Below are positions 1 to 13,321 of a stretch of 64,000 nucleotides of DNA, piece after piece (position 1 is the first letter of the stretch; the number at the start of each line of letters is the position of its first letter). This stretch comes from Haliotis cracherodii (lineage: Eukaryota). Under the pieces are notes generated by a model that was given only the letters and a program-made list of their open reading frames with translations, did no database searches and had not been told where the DNA came from. Made by a program: the position numbers and the translations under genes. The DNA is taken from the NCBI RefSeq assembly GCF_022045235.1, contig NW_027266308.1, positions 69,564,001 to 69,628,000 on the forward strand, written 5' to 3'.

Positions 1-258
1 GACAGGCAATCTCCAATATGCAGTGCTGACAACCAATTGCCAATATGTAGCATTGACAACCAATCCCCAATATGCAGTGCTGACAACCAATCGCCAATAT
101 GCAGCACTGACAACCAATACCCAATATGCAGCGCTGACAATCAATCGCTAATATGCAGCACTGACAACCAATCCCCAATATGCAGAACTGACAACCAATC
201 CCCACTATGCAGAACTGACAACCAATCCCCAATATGCAGTGCTGACAACCAATGCCCA
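1..258. repeat. 27-bp minisatellite (intronic)
   Basis: Unit GCTGACAACCAATCCCCAATATGCAGT, ~9 copies visible, continues off the window edge. Confidence 0.9.
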
Positions 259-285
259 AACGTAGGAGAGACACACTCGAGTCAC

Positions 286-3200
286 CTGCAACTTTGTGGA
301 ATGAGGAGTAGCAGTGAGGTGTGTAGGGCGGCTCGATCAGGTGGCCTGTGCCAGGGTAGAACTTCATCTCCACTTTCTTCCTCTTCTCTACTGGCAGTGA
401 ATTCACTGTGGCCTTGGCACCCTGCACGTCCCACGACTGATCATCTTCTCCGTAGAGCAACAGGAACCGGGCTTCACTCTGCCAAATCTGGAATACAGAT
501 CACACACTCACAGAACACAACCACCTGAGTGACACACTGGATCACAGATCACACACTCCACAGATCACACGCTCACATAACATATCCACATGAGTGACAC
601 ACTGGATCACAGATCACACACTCACATAACATATCCACATGAGTGACACACTGGATCACAGATCACACACTCACAGATCACACGCTCACAGAACACAACC
701 ACATGAGTGACATGCTGGAACACAGATCACACGCTCACATAACATATCCACATGAGTGACACACTGGATCACAGATCACACACTCACAGATCACACGCTC
801 ACAGAACACATCCACCTGAGTGACACACTGGATCACAGATCACACACTCACAGAACACATCCACATGAGTGACACACTGGATCACAGATCACACACGCAC
901 AGATCACACACTCACAGAACACATCCACATGAGTGACACACTGGATCACAGATCACACACTCACATAACACACTAGCATGACACCTACGAGACATCACAC
1001 GAGGCGGGCGTAGTTGACTCACGGGATGAGTGACATGCTCCCAGCCGTGGTAGGCATCTCGAGTGATCGCACCAGCATCTGTAAACACCATCCTACTCAC
1101 ATCTAATCTGAAATGAAACACATGCACAAACTTGACTGAATAACACCAAGGACTGCAAGGTATTATGGGTACACCGGTGTATTGCAATAATAATCTCAAA
1201 CTATACCTATTGCAATTTTTTGTGCACAAACAACTACAAGAGAAAAATACAACAGTACACACACATGAGACATATAACAATACACACACATGAGACACAT
1301 AAAACAATACACACACATGAGACATATAAAACAATACACACATGAGACATATAACAGTACACACACATGAGACACATAAAACAATACACACACATGAGAT
1401 ACATAAAACAATACACACACATGAGACACATAAAACAATACACACACATGACACACATAAAACGATACACACATGAGACACATAAAACAATACACACATA
1501 TGAGACATATAACAGTATACACACATGAGACACATACAACAATACACACACATGAGACATATAACAGTACACACACGAGACATACAACAATACACACACA
1601 TGAGACACATAAAACAATACACACACATGAGACATATAACAGTACACACACATGAGACACATACAACAATACACACACATGAGACACATAAAACAATACA
1701 CACACGAGACACATAAAACAATACACACACATGAGACACAACAAACACACATACATGAGACACACATGAGACACATACAACAATACACAAATACACACAT
1801 ACAAACATGAGACACATACAACAATACAAACACACATGAGACACATTAAACAATACACACATACACACGAGACACTTACAACAATACACATGTCATACGC
1901 ACATACAAACATGAGACACATACAACAATACACACACATGAGACATATAACAGTACACACACATGAGACACATACAACAATACACACACATGAGACACAT
2001 AAAACAATACACACACATGAGACACAACAAACACACATACATGAGACACACATGAGACACATACAACAATACACAAATACACACATACAAACATGAGACA
2101 CATACAACAATACAAACACACATGAGACACATTAAACAATACACACACATGAGACACATAAAACAATACACACACATGAGACACAACAAACACACATACA
2201 TGAGACACACATGAGACACATACAACAATACACAAATACACACATACAAACATGAGACACATACAACAATACAAACACACATGAGACACATTAAACAATA
2301 CACACATACACACGAGACACTTACAACAATACACGTCATACGCACATACAAACATGAGACACATACAACAATACAAACACACATGAGACACATACAACAA
2401 TACACACATACACACATGAGACACACATACACACATGAGACACACATACAAGGCTGAACAGCACTCAGCTACAACTCTTACTCCACTCCCTTGATGTCAT
2501 CGCCACCGATTCTCCTCAGGTCAGAAAATGTGAAGGCCATGGCACCACTGATGCTGACAACTGCCGTCACCTGCATGGGAAGAAACAACTCAGCTTCATG
2601 AACAGCTTCAACAATGAATAGACATTTACTTTATTTGTTTGTTGTTTACCGCCACAATCATCAATACTCCAGCTGTAAGTTGGCAGTAAAGTAAAGGTTC
2701 AAGTCACCAGACAAACCAAGTGACCCAGTATGACCACCTGCTCCAGTGAGTCAACTCTAACAAGCATCAGATACTCGGGGCACAATATATCCAAGAATTC
2801 AATGCTTTGTCAAAAGTTTGTATGCTCTGATGTTTTTGAACCTTGGCTTTGTAGCTGAAGAAAAACCATCACACTAAAAACAAATCATATTTCTAGAAAT
2901 ATTGTGTATTATATCATGGTACATATGATCCAAATCTTCATAAACAATACAAACTGACGATCATCCCACAAGCACCAACCTTTGGGGAAAATGTCGCCAT
3001 AAGCATGGCCAGTTCCGCACCCTTGGAGACCCCAATGACTCCGATACCGGTCAAATAGACGGCGGAATGACTCTGCAGCCAGTCCACAGCATCAAGGAAG
3101 TAATCTAGGTCAAGGTCTTCCAGATTCCTCGTAAGGTCATCATATCCTAGGTAGCCGAGAGCCAAAGCGGCAAACCCATGTGACGCTAAAAGTGCCGCTC

Positions 3201-3897
3201 TGGTCTCAACTAAACCTCCCGTGGAGCCGAACATATCAATCACTCCTGGAAAAGGACCATCCCCTGTAGACATAAACAGACACACTACAGTCATCGTCAA
3301 ACATCCCCCACACACACACCATCACCTGTAGACAAAACAGACACACTACAGTCATCGTGACACACACACACACACACCATCACCTGTAGACAAAACAGAC
3401 ACACTACAGTCACTGTCAACCATCACACACACACCATCACCTGTAGACAAAACAGACACACTACAGTCACTGTCAAACATCACACTCACACACACACCAT
3501 CACCTGTAGACAAAACAGAAACACTACAGTCACTGTCAAACATCACACACACACCATCACCTGTAGACTAAACAGACACACTACAGTCACTGTCAAACAT
3601 CACACACACACACACCATCACCTGTAGACCCAAACAGACACACTACAGTCACTGTCAAACATCACACACACACACAATCACCTGTAGACCAAACAGATGC
3701 ACTACAGCCACTGTCAAACATCACACACACACGACATCACCTGTAGACAAAACAGACACCCTACAGTCACTGTCAAACATCACACACACACACCATCACC
3801 TGTAGACAGAACTGATGCACTACAGTCACTGTCAAACATCACACACACACACCATCACCTGTAGACAGAACTGATGCACTACAGTCACTGTCAAACA

Positions 3898-3973
<76 letters not shown>

Positions 3974-6900
3974 GTAGACCCAAACAGATGCACTACAGTC
4001 ATTGTCAAACATCACACACACAATCACCTGTCGACAAAACAGACACACTACAGTCACTGTCAAACATCACACACACACACCATCACCTGTAGACAAAACA
4101 AATGCACTACAGTCACTGTCAAACATCACACACACACACACGACATCACCTGTAGACCCAAACAGATGCACTACAGTGACTGTCAAACATCACAAAAAGT
4201 ACATCACCTGTAGACAAAACAGACACACTACAGTCACTGTCAAACATCACACACACACACACACACACACAATAAAGTCCTTGAGAAACATTTAACACAC
4301 ACAGATAAGCTCCTTGGAGAATCATACATACACACACATTAAAATTCTTGTCAGACATCACACAGAAAGACAGATAAATATGTGTCTCTCAGTTAACCAT
4401 TTGAATGGCATTCTAGAAGTCCATAAGTAAGTAAGAAAACGTACAACTGTATGGATAACAACTGATGGTTTATTGCATTAAGCGACGTATCAAGCTTGAT
4501 GACGGTGTAAGAATCTACATCGAAACATAACTACAGGCATTAACCCAGAAGTTGTTATCCATAGAGTTTTCTTGTCACTCAAATATTGCTGCACATAACA
4601 CCTGCATACATGTAACACCTGCATACATGTAACACCTGTGCACATGTAACACCTGCATACATGTAACACCTGCATACATGTAACACCTGCATACATGTAA
4701 CTCCTGCATACACATAACACCTGCATACACGTAACACCTGCATACATGTAACACCTGCATACACATAACACCTGCATACATGTAACACCTGCATACATGT
4801 AACACCTGCATACATGTAACACCTGCATACATGTAACTCCTGCATACACATAACACCTGCATACACGTAACACCTGCATACACGTAACTCCTGCATACAC
4901 GTAACACCTGCATACACGTAACACCTGCATACACGTAACACCTGCATACATGTAACACCTGCATACACGTAACACCTGCATACACGTAACACCTGTGCAC
5001 ATGTAACACCTGCATACACGTAACACCTGCATACATGTAACACCTGCATACATGTAACACCTGCATACACATAACACCTGCATACACATAACACCTGCAT
5101 ACATGTAACACCTGCATACATGTTACATGCAGGGATACACTTCAGGAACTTGAATCAACTTGCACAAGGTGCATTGACCTGAGAACCTGGTTGCACCAGA
5201 CAAACCCAGGTCCCATCAGTTATCAAAGTTGAAACATAGGTGCATAAACTAGTCAAAATAAACAAAATCTCTGATGACTGTGTCATGATTTTACATAAAT
5301 GAATGAGAAAACACAAGAGGAACATATGAAAATATTCTTGCAGTACCCAGTTTGATGACACCTGCCTACCTGGAACAGCTGCGCACATTGAATGCCTGCC
5401 TACGTATAACACCTGCCTACCTGGAACACCTGTGTACATGGAACACCTGTGTTACCTGCTTACCTGCTGGCAGGAACAATGTACCCCTCAGTCTTCCCTC
5501 TCGCACAGCGATCCTCCTGACACTACTTGCCTTGTACCACCGCTCTGCCGTTGCCGTGACAATAGCCGACACATCACAATGGTCTAAGTCCAGGTGGCCT
5601 TCTAGCAGAGAGAAGCGCACCGAAAATGGCTCTGCGACATCCCTCTTGCTGAGACGGGCCGTGGGGGACTCCCCTGGTGCCGGCATCATACTCCACATGA
5701 GGCCCATGCGATCCACCCCTGCAGCGAGTGAGGGAGTGAGTGAGTGAGTTTGTGGAGTGTGGGACACAGGGGTGTGATGTAGGACACAGGGGTGTAGTGT
5801 AGGACACAGGGGTACATGTAGTATAGGACACAGGGGTGTAGTGTAAGACACAGGGGTGTAGTGTAGGACACAGGGGTGTGATGTAGGACACAGGGGTGTA
5901 GTGTAGGACACAGGGGTACATGTAGTATAGGACACAGGGGTGTAGTGTAGGACACAGGGGTACATGTAGTATAGGACACAGGGGTGTAGTGTAAGACACA
6001 GGGGTGTAGTGTAGGACACAGGGTTGTGATGTAGGACACAGGGGTGTAGTGTAGGACACAGGGGTATATGTAGTATAGGACACAGGGATGTAGTGTAAGA
6101 CACAGGGGTGTAGTGTAGGACACAGGGGTGTGATGTAGGACACAGGGGTGTAGTGTAGGACACAGGGGTACATGTAGTATAGGACACAGGGGTGTGATGT
6201 AGGACACAGGGGTGTAGTGTAGGACACTGGGATGTAGTGTAGGACACAGGTGTGTAGTGTAGGACACAGGGGTGTAGTGTAGGACACAGGGGTGTAGTGT
6301 AGGACACAGGAGTGTATTGAGGACACAGGGGTGTAGTGTAGGACACAGGGGGGTGATGTAGGACACGGGTGTAGTGTAGGACACAGGTGTGTGATGTAGG
6401 ACACAGGGGTATAATGTAGGACACAGGTGTGTGATGTAGGACACAGGGGTGTAATGTAGGACACAGGGGTGTGATGTAGGACACAGGTGTGTAGTGTAGG
6501 ACACAGGTGTGTAGTGTAGGACACAGGTGTGTAGTGTAGGACACAGGGATGTAGTGTAGGACACAGGGGTGTGATGTAGGACACAGGGGTGTAGTGTAGG
6601 ACACAGGAGTGTAGTATAGGACACAGGTGTGTGATGTAGGACACAGGGGTGTAATGTAGGACACAGGTGTGTAGTGTAGGACACAGGTGTGTAGTGTAGG
6701 ACACAGGGGTGTAGTGTAGGACACAGAGGTGTAGTGTAGGACACAGGGGTACATGTAGTATAGGACACAGGGGTATAATGTAGGACACAGGTGTGTAGTG
6801 TAGGACACAGGGGTGTAGTGTAGGACACAGGGGTACATGTAGCATAGGACACAGGGGTATAATGTAGGACACAGGTGTGTAGTGTAGGACACAGGTGTGT

Positions 6901-9900
6901 AGTGTAGGACACAGGTGTGTAGTGTAGGACACAGAGGTGTAGTGTAGGACACAGGGGTGTAGTGTAGGACACAGGGGTGTAGTGTAGGACACAGGGGTGT
7001 AGTGTAGGACACAGAGGTGTAGTGTAGGACACAGGGGTGTAGTGTAGGACACAGGGGTATAATGTAGGACACAGAGGTGTAGTATAGGACACAGGGGTGT
7101 AGTGTAGGACACAGGGGTGTAATGTAGGACACAGGGGTGTAGTGTAGGACACAGGGATGTAGTGTAGGACACAGGTGTGTAGTGTAGGACACAGGGGTGT
7201 AGTGTAGGACACAGGGGTGTAATGTAGGACACAGGGGTGTAGTGTAGGACACAGGGATGTAGTGTAGGACACAGGGGTGTAATGTAGGACACAGGGGTGT
7301 AGTGTAGGACACAGGGATGTAGTGTAGGACACAGGTGTGTAGTGTAGGACACAGGGGTGTAGTGTAGGACACAGGTGTGTAGTGTAGGACACAGGGGTGT
7401 AATGTAGGACACAGGGGTGTAGTGTAGGACACAGGGATGTAATGTAGGACACAGGTGTGTAGTGTAGGACACAGGGGTGTAATGTAGGACACAGGGGTGT
7501 AGTGTAGGACACAGGGATGTAGTGTAGGACACAGGTGTGTAGTGTAGGACACAGGTGTGTAGTGTAGGACACAGGTGTGTAGTGTAGGACACAGGGGTGT
7601 AGTGTAGGACACAGGGGTGTAGTGTAGGACACAGAGGTGTAGTGTAGGACACAGGGGTGTAGTGTAGGACACAGGTGTGTAGTGTAGGACACAGATGTGT
7701 AGTGTAGGACACAGGGGTGTAGTGTAGGACACAGGGGTGTAGTGTAGGACACAGAGGTGTAGTGTAGGACACAGGGGTGTAGTGTAGGACACAGGTGTGT
7801 AGTGTAGGACACAGGGGTGTAATGTAGGACACAGGGGTATAATGTAGGACACAGAGGTGTAGTATAGGACACAGGGGTGTAGTGTAGGACACAGGGGTGT
7901 AATGTAGGACACAGGGGTGTAGTGTAGGACACAGGGATGTAGTGTAGGACACAGGTGTGTAGTGTAGGACACAGGTGTGTAGTGTAGGACACAGGTGTGT
8001 AGTGTAGGACACAGGTGTGTAGTGTAGGACACAGGGATGTAGTGTAGGACACAGGTGTGTAGTGTAGGACACAGGGGTACATGTAGTATAGGACACAGGG
8101 GTATAATGTAGGACACAGGGGTGTAGTGTAGGACACAGGTGTGTAGTGTAGGACACAGGTGTGTAGTGTAGGACACAGGTGTGTAGTGTAGGACACAGGG
8201 GTGTAATGTAGGACACAGGGGTGTAGTGTAGGACACAGGGATGTAGTGTAGGACACAGGTGTGTAGTGTAGGACACAGAGGTGTAGTGTAGGACACAGGT
8301 GTGTAGTGTAGGACACAGGTGTGTAGTGTAGGACACAGGTGTGTAGTGTAGGACACAGGTGTGTAGTGTAGGACACAGGTGTGTAGTGTAGGACACAGGG
8401 GTGTAATGTAGGACACAGGGGTGTAGTGTAGGACACAGGGATGTAGTGTAGGACACAGGGATGTAGTGTAGGACACAGGTGTGTAGTGTAGGACACAGGG
8501 GTGTAATGTAGGACACAGGGGTGTAGTGTAGGACACAGGGATGTAGTGTAGGACACAGGGATGTAGTGTAGGACACAGGTGTGTAGTGTAGGACACAGGT
8601 GTGTAGTGTAGGACACAGGTGTGTAGTGTAGGACACAGGTGTGTAGTGTAGGACACAGGGATGTAGTGTAGGACACAGGTGTGTAGTGTAGGACACAGGG
8701 GTACATGTAGTATAGGACACAGGGGTATAATGTAGGACACAGGGGTGTAGTGTAGGACACAGGTGTGTAGTGTAGGACACAGGTGTGTAGTGTAGGACAC
8801 AGGTGTGTAGTGTAGGACACAGGGGTGTAATGTAGGACACAGGGGTGTAGTGTAGGACACAGGGATGTAGTGTAGGACACAGGTGTGTAGTGTAGGACAC
8901 AGAGGTGTAGTGTAGGACACAGGTGTGTAGTGTAGGACACAGGTGTGTAGTGTAGGACACAGGTGTGTAGTGTAGGACACAGGTGTGTAGTGTAGGACAC
9001 AGGTGTGTAGTGTAGGACACAGGGGTGTAGTGTAGGACACAGGTGTGTAGTGTAGGACACAGGTGTGTAGTGTAGGACACAGGTGTGTAGTGTAGGACAC
9101 AGGGGTGTAGTGTAGGACACAGGTGTGTAGTGTAGGACACAGGTGTGTAGTGTAGGACACGGGTGTCAAGGAGGACACAGGGGTGTATTGCAAGACGTGA
9201 CCCACCTGTGTAAGTTCCTCCACAAGAGGCTTGTGTTGTGAGGTTGATGGAGCCGTGTTGATCTGCTGTGAAGTGACCACATGCTGCAAACTCAGCCCTC
9301 TCTGTCAGTGAGGCATGGAGTGTCACCCGCTGGGAGGGTCGTAGTCCCCTGGCCTCGATACAAACCTTCTCATCCACCAGTGCAACCCTGGGAGAGACTG
9401 TTAGTTCCGGCATAACTGTGGAAAGAGCCCTCGTGCTCCACATTGCAACTCCAACGCACACCTTGCGTCGGCTGGACACAAACACTGAAACAAAAATATT
9501 TCTTTTGTGGATCATTGCAAACCAGTGTGAACCTTCTTCACAGAACTATACATTTAAGCACTTAGCAGTGTCCTTGTACATAGCTGCAAATGTCATTGGC
9601 AGAGCAGTCACTTGATTATGTCAGTATTTAACTGTTTTATTAAATGATTATTTCAAAATCATGGGGACCTGGAAAAAAGTTTGAGTTATCTGGGTTCGAG
9701 ACAACCGACAAAGAAATTTTCGAAAACCAAACATCCTGTTATAAATATTAAATTATTATTACTGTATTCGACGTAATAAGCGCCCCGCTCTAATAAGCGC
9801 CCACAGCAATATTTGCTAATATATTGGTTTGTGAACAATCCCATTAAGCACCTCTTCCGATTGATCAATGTACACAAGACTTATTTATTCGCGTGTAATA

Positions 9901-12900
9901 TGTACTCGTGTGTTATATGCACCCTTAATTATGGGCAATTAAATTCTGGAAAAATATATATCTGTCGTACATAAACATTTCAGGCTGTCAGCATAAACCA
10001 CGAAATTTATGTTTCAACTCTGTGTTTTTTTTCACCAAAATGATGTTCTAATAAGAGCCCCCTATTTCATATTTTGAGAGCACCCTGGGCGCTCATTATG
10101 TCGAATACGGTACCAGGTTTGGACGCAACACTATATTTTCAGTGCCTATGCTGCTGATTGAAAGGGACGACACCTCAAACAACCAGAGTGATGATCTATG
10201 CCTGAGCCACGACTCAAATAATAGATTCACGAACATAATCTTAATCTGTTTTACACATTTATCAATTTACACTTGTCAACAGCAGTCCCACAGGACATAC
10301 TTGCTGCCGATGTGTATACAGCTTGCAGCTTTGATGTAAGTTGTTCTTGTTGATGAAGCTTGATATAGGATATTGGCATGTTGTAACAAAGCATCCTGCT
10401 TCCGATGCATTTGAAGCACAGTGAGGTCAATCAGTCACATCAGGTAGTTGTAGTCTTCAGTTGGAGACTTTGGACTCAAAAATGAGTTTGAGACAACCGG
10501 GAATTCAAGACATCCTCTTAGACAGATCCTAGTATGCATGGCGATACATGTACATGTAGAGGGAATTCAAGACATCCACTTTGACAGATGCTAGTATACA
10601 TGGCGATACATGCACACGTAGAGGGAATTCAAGACATCCACTTTGACAGATGCTAGTATGCATGGCGATACACATACATGTAGAGGGAATTCAAGACATA
10701 CACTTTGACAGATCCTAGTATACATGGCGATACATGCACATGTAGAGGGAATTCAAGACATCCACTTTGACAGATCCTAGTATGCATGGCGATACACGCA
10801 CATGTAGAGGGAATTCAAGACATCCACTTTGACAGATCCTAGTATGCATGGCGATACATGTACATGTAGAGGGAATTCAAGACATCCACTTTGACAGATC
10901 CTAGTATGCATGGCGTACACGTACATGTAGAGGGAATTCAAGACATCCACTTAGACAGATCCTAGTATATATGGCGATACATGCACATGTAGAGGGAATT
11001 CAAGACATCCACTTAGACAGATCCTAGTATGCATGGCGATACACGCACATGTAGAGGGAATTCAAGACATCCACTTTGACAGATCCTAGTATGCATGGCG
11101 ATACATGCACATGTAGAGGGAATTCAAGACATCCACTTTGACAGATCCTAGTATGCATGGCGTACACGTACATGTAGAGGGAATTCAAGACATCCACTTA
11201 GACAGATCCTAGTATGCATGGCGATACACGCACATGTAGAGGGAATTCAAGACATCCACTTTGACAGATCCTAGTATGCATGGCGTACACGTACATGTAG
11301 AGGGAATTCAAGACATCCACTTAGACAGATCCTAGTATACATGGCGATACATGCAAAGGTAGAGGGAATTCAAGACATACACTTTGACAGATCCTAGTAT
11401 GCATGGCGATACATGTACATGTAGAGGGAATTCAAGACATCCACTTTGACAGATCCTAGTATGCATGGCGTACACGTACATGTAGAGGGAATTCAAGACA
11501 TCCACTTAGACAGATCCTAGTATACATGGCGATACATGCACATGTAGAGGGAATTCAAGACATCCACTTAGACAGATCCTAGTATACATGGCGATACATG
11601 TACATGTAGAGGGAATTCAAGACATCCACTTAGACAGATCCTAGTATGCATGGCGATACACGCACATGTAGAGGGAATTCAAGACATCCACTTTGACAGA
11701 TCCTAGTATACATGGCGATACATGCACATGTAGAGGGAATTCAAGACATCCACTTAGACAGATCCTAGTATACATGGCGATACATGTACATGTAGAGGGA
11801 ATTCAAGACATCCACTTAGACAGATCCTAGTATGCATGGCGATACATGCACATGTAGAGGGAATTCAAGACATCCACTTTGACAGATCCTAGTATACATG
11901 GCGATACACGTACATGTAGAGGGAATTCAAGACATCCACTTAGACAGATCCTAGTATACATGGCGATACACATACATGTAGAGGGAATTCAAGACATCCA
12001 CTTTGACAGATCCTAGTATACATGGCGTACACGTACATGTAGAGGGAATTCAAGACATCCACTTAGACAGATCCTAGTATGCATGGCGATACACATACAT
12101 GTAGAGGGAATTCAAGACATCCACTTAGACAGATCCTAGTATGCATGGCGATACACGTACATGTAGAGGGAATTCAAGACATCCACTTAGACAGATCCTA
12201 GTATGCATGGCGATACACATACATGTAGAGGGAATTCAAGACATCCACTTTGACAGATCCTAGTATACATGGCGATACATGTACATGTAGAGGGAATTCA
12301 AGACATCCACTTTGACAGATCCTAGTATGCATGGCGATACATGCACATGTAGAGGGAATTCAAGACATCCACTTTGACAGATCCTAGTATACATGGCGAT
12401 ACATGTACATGTAGAGGGAATTCAAGACATCCACTTTGACAGATCCTAGTATGCATGGCGATACACGCACATGTAGAGGGAATTCACAAGGACTGGAAGA
12501 AGGGTTTGGTGCAACCGCGAATTCGACTCAAAGAGTTTGACTGTATGTGCCGAGTAGAACCTTCTGTTTATATAGATGTATTGTGATTCAACACCGGTAT
12601 TTTTAAAGACTGAGGTAAATAACTACCCTGTGTAAATATAGATTAGTATGTAATATAGAAAAGGCAATACATATCTGTATACGTATGGCAGCGCGAACCC
12701 GTGTGCTACCTTGCCAGTATTTGAAGCAATGTTCTTCTCCTGGCGCTACAGGAGTAGAAGTGTCGTATAATCTAACCCCTTGGCTCCCGCTACCGCAAGC
12801 CACTTCGTGTGTGCTCCACAACCGACAAGTTGCAGTTGTGATCAAGGACGAGAAACAACGCCTGCCTGAACGTTCCTAACAACAATGAAACACTGACTTG

Positions 12901-12995
12901 CAAAGTGACCGTTATCTGAAACTCACTACCACGTGATATTCACACACATAGGACTCACTCACTCTCAACCAGCAGACGGCAGCATTCTGCGACAT
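286..12995 (-). CDS. ACOT: Acyl-CoA thioesterase / bile acid-CoA:amino acid N-acyltransferase family (ACOT1/2-BAAT-like alpha/beta hydrolase), multi-exon, 3' end beyond left edge of window
   Basis: Exons with GT-AG and consistent phase: 12959-12995 (tentative first exon MSQNAAVCWLRV), 9206-9484 (in-frame ATG at 9443; LTVSPRVALVDEKV...GHFTADQHG...GGTYTG), 5464-5718 (GVDRMGLMWSM...EGRLRGTLFLP), 2980-3263 (GPFPGVIDMFG...RAALLASHGFA...GVSKG nucleophile Ser), 2482-2570, 1023-1107, 286-487 (GEDD catalytic Asp; YPGTGHLIEPPY catalytic His). The motifs are diagnostic of the ACOT/BAAT family; the exact paralogue cannot be assigned. Confidence 0.93.
488..968. repeat. ~50-63-bp minisatellite containing copies of the ACOT exon acceptor
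   Basis: Unit CTGGATCACAGATCACACACTCACAGAACACATCCACATGAGTGACACA; the terminal copy is the real acceptor (CTGGAATACAGATCACAC at 488). Confidence 0.88.
1245..2450. repeat. ~28-bp CA-rich minisatellite (intronic)
   Basis: Unit ~ACACACATGAGACACATAAAACAATAC with higher-order blocks. Confidence 0.92.
3264..4270. repeat. ~57-62-bp minisatellite with embedded (CA)n, containing copies of the ACOT acceptor plus first exon bases
   Basis: Unit CACCATCACCTGTAGACAAAACAGACACACTACAGTCACTGTCAAACATCACACA, ~15 copies; long (CA)n at ~3899-3970. Confidence 0.92.
4593..5122. repeat. 17-bp minisatellite
   Basis: Unit TAACACCTGCATACATG, ~30 copies; degenerate copies at 5358-5460 lead up to the exon donor. Confidence 0.92.
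5755..9186. repeat. 20-bp minisatellite filling almost an entire intron (~170 copies)
   Basis: Unit GTAGTGTAGGACACAGG(G/T)GT; source of the spurious 1100-1300 aa ORFs. Confidence 0.97.
9762..10110. mobile_element. MITE (non-autonomous Tc1-mariner/pogo-type) with ~24-bp TIRs and TA target duplication
   Basis: Left TA|CTGTATTCGACGTAATAAGCGCCC versus right GGGCGCTCATTATGTCGAATACGG|TA. Confidence 0.75.
10499..12486. repeat. 62-bp minisatellite (~32 copies, an EcoRI site in each)
   Basis: Unit GGGAATTCAAGACATCCACTTTGACAGATCCTAGTATGCATGGCGATACATGCACATGTAGA. Confidence 0.96.
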
Positions 12996-13286
12996 GGACA
13001 ATCTAGCGAAGGGAGACAACTCTGTTTTGACGCGTGGTAGCACAACAATCAGGCCAGTCTAAAGGTCATTCGTGATTCGAGAGGGTGAGTGAGTTAAAAT
13101 TTAACGTCGCATCGGCCATTCGTGATTCGAAGGGTCTGACGACTTGCTACGATAAAGATTTTACATCTCGCCTAGTGAATGTGCTTTTCTCCTTGACGGA
13201 TGAAGCGATGACGTTATATCAGAGTCAATTAGCACTCGTCCCAGTAATTCTTGTGTTCCCACGAACGAGAACAATGGGCCAACTTG

Positions 13287-13321
<35 letters not shown>

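Noticed and set aside
912-5121. Cys/Val-rich metallothionein- or keratin-like ORFs
   Set aside because: Translations of TG-rich minisatellites; only the short embedded ACOT exons are real
5417-9515. 1144-1313 aa ORFs (YTTPLCPTLH repeats)
   Set aside because: All three minus frames are open because the 20-bp unit lacks stops. Real ACOT exons with splice sites flank the array, so it is intron.
10499-12486. CRISPR-like regular array (also 43700-45012 and 47855-49204)
   Set aside because: No unique spacers, no cas genes, eukaryotic context
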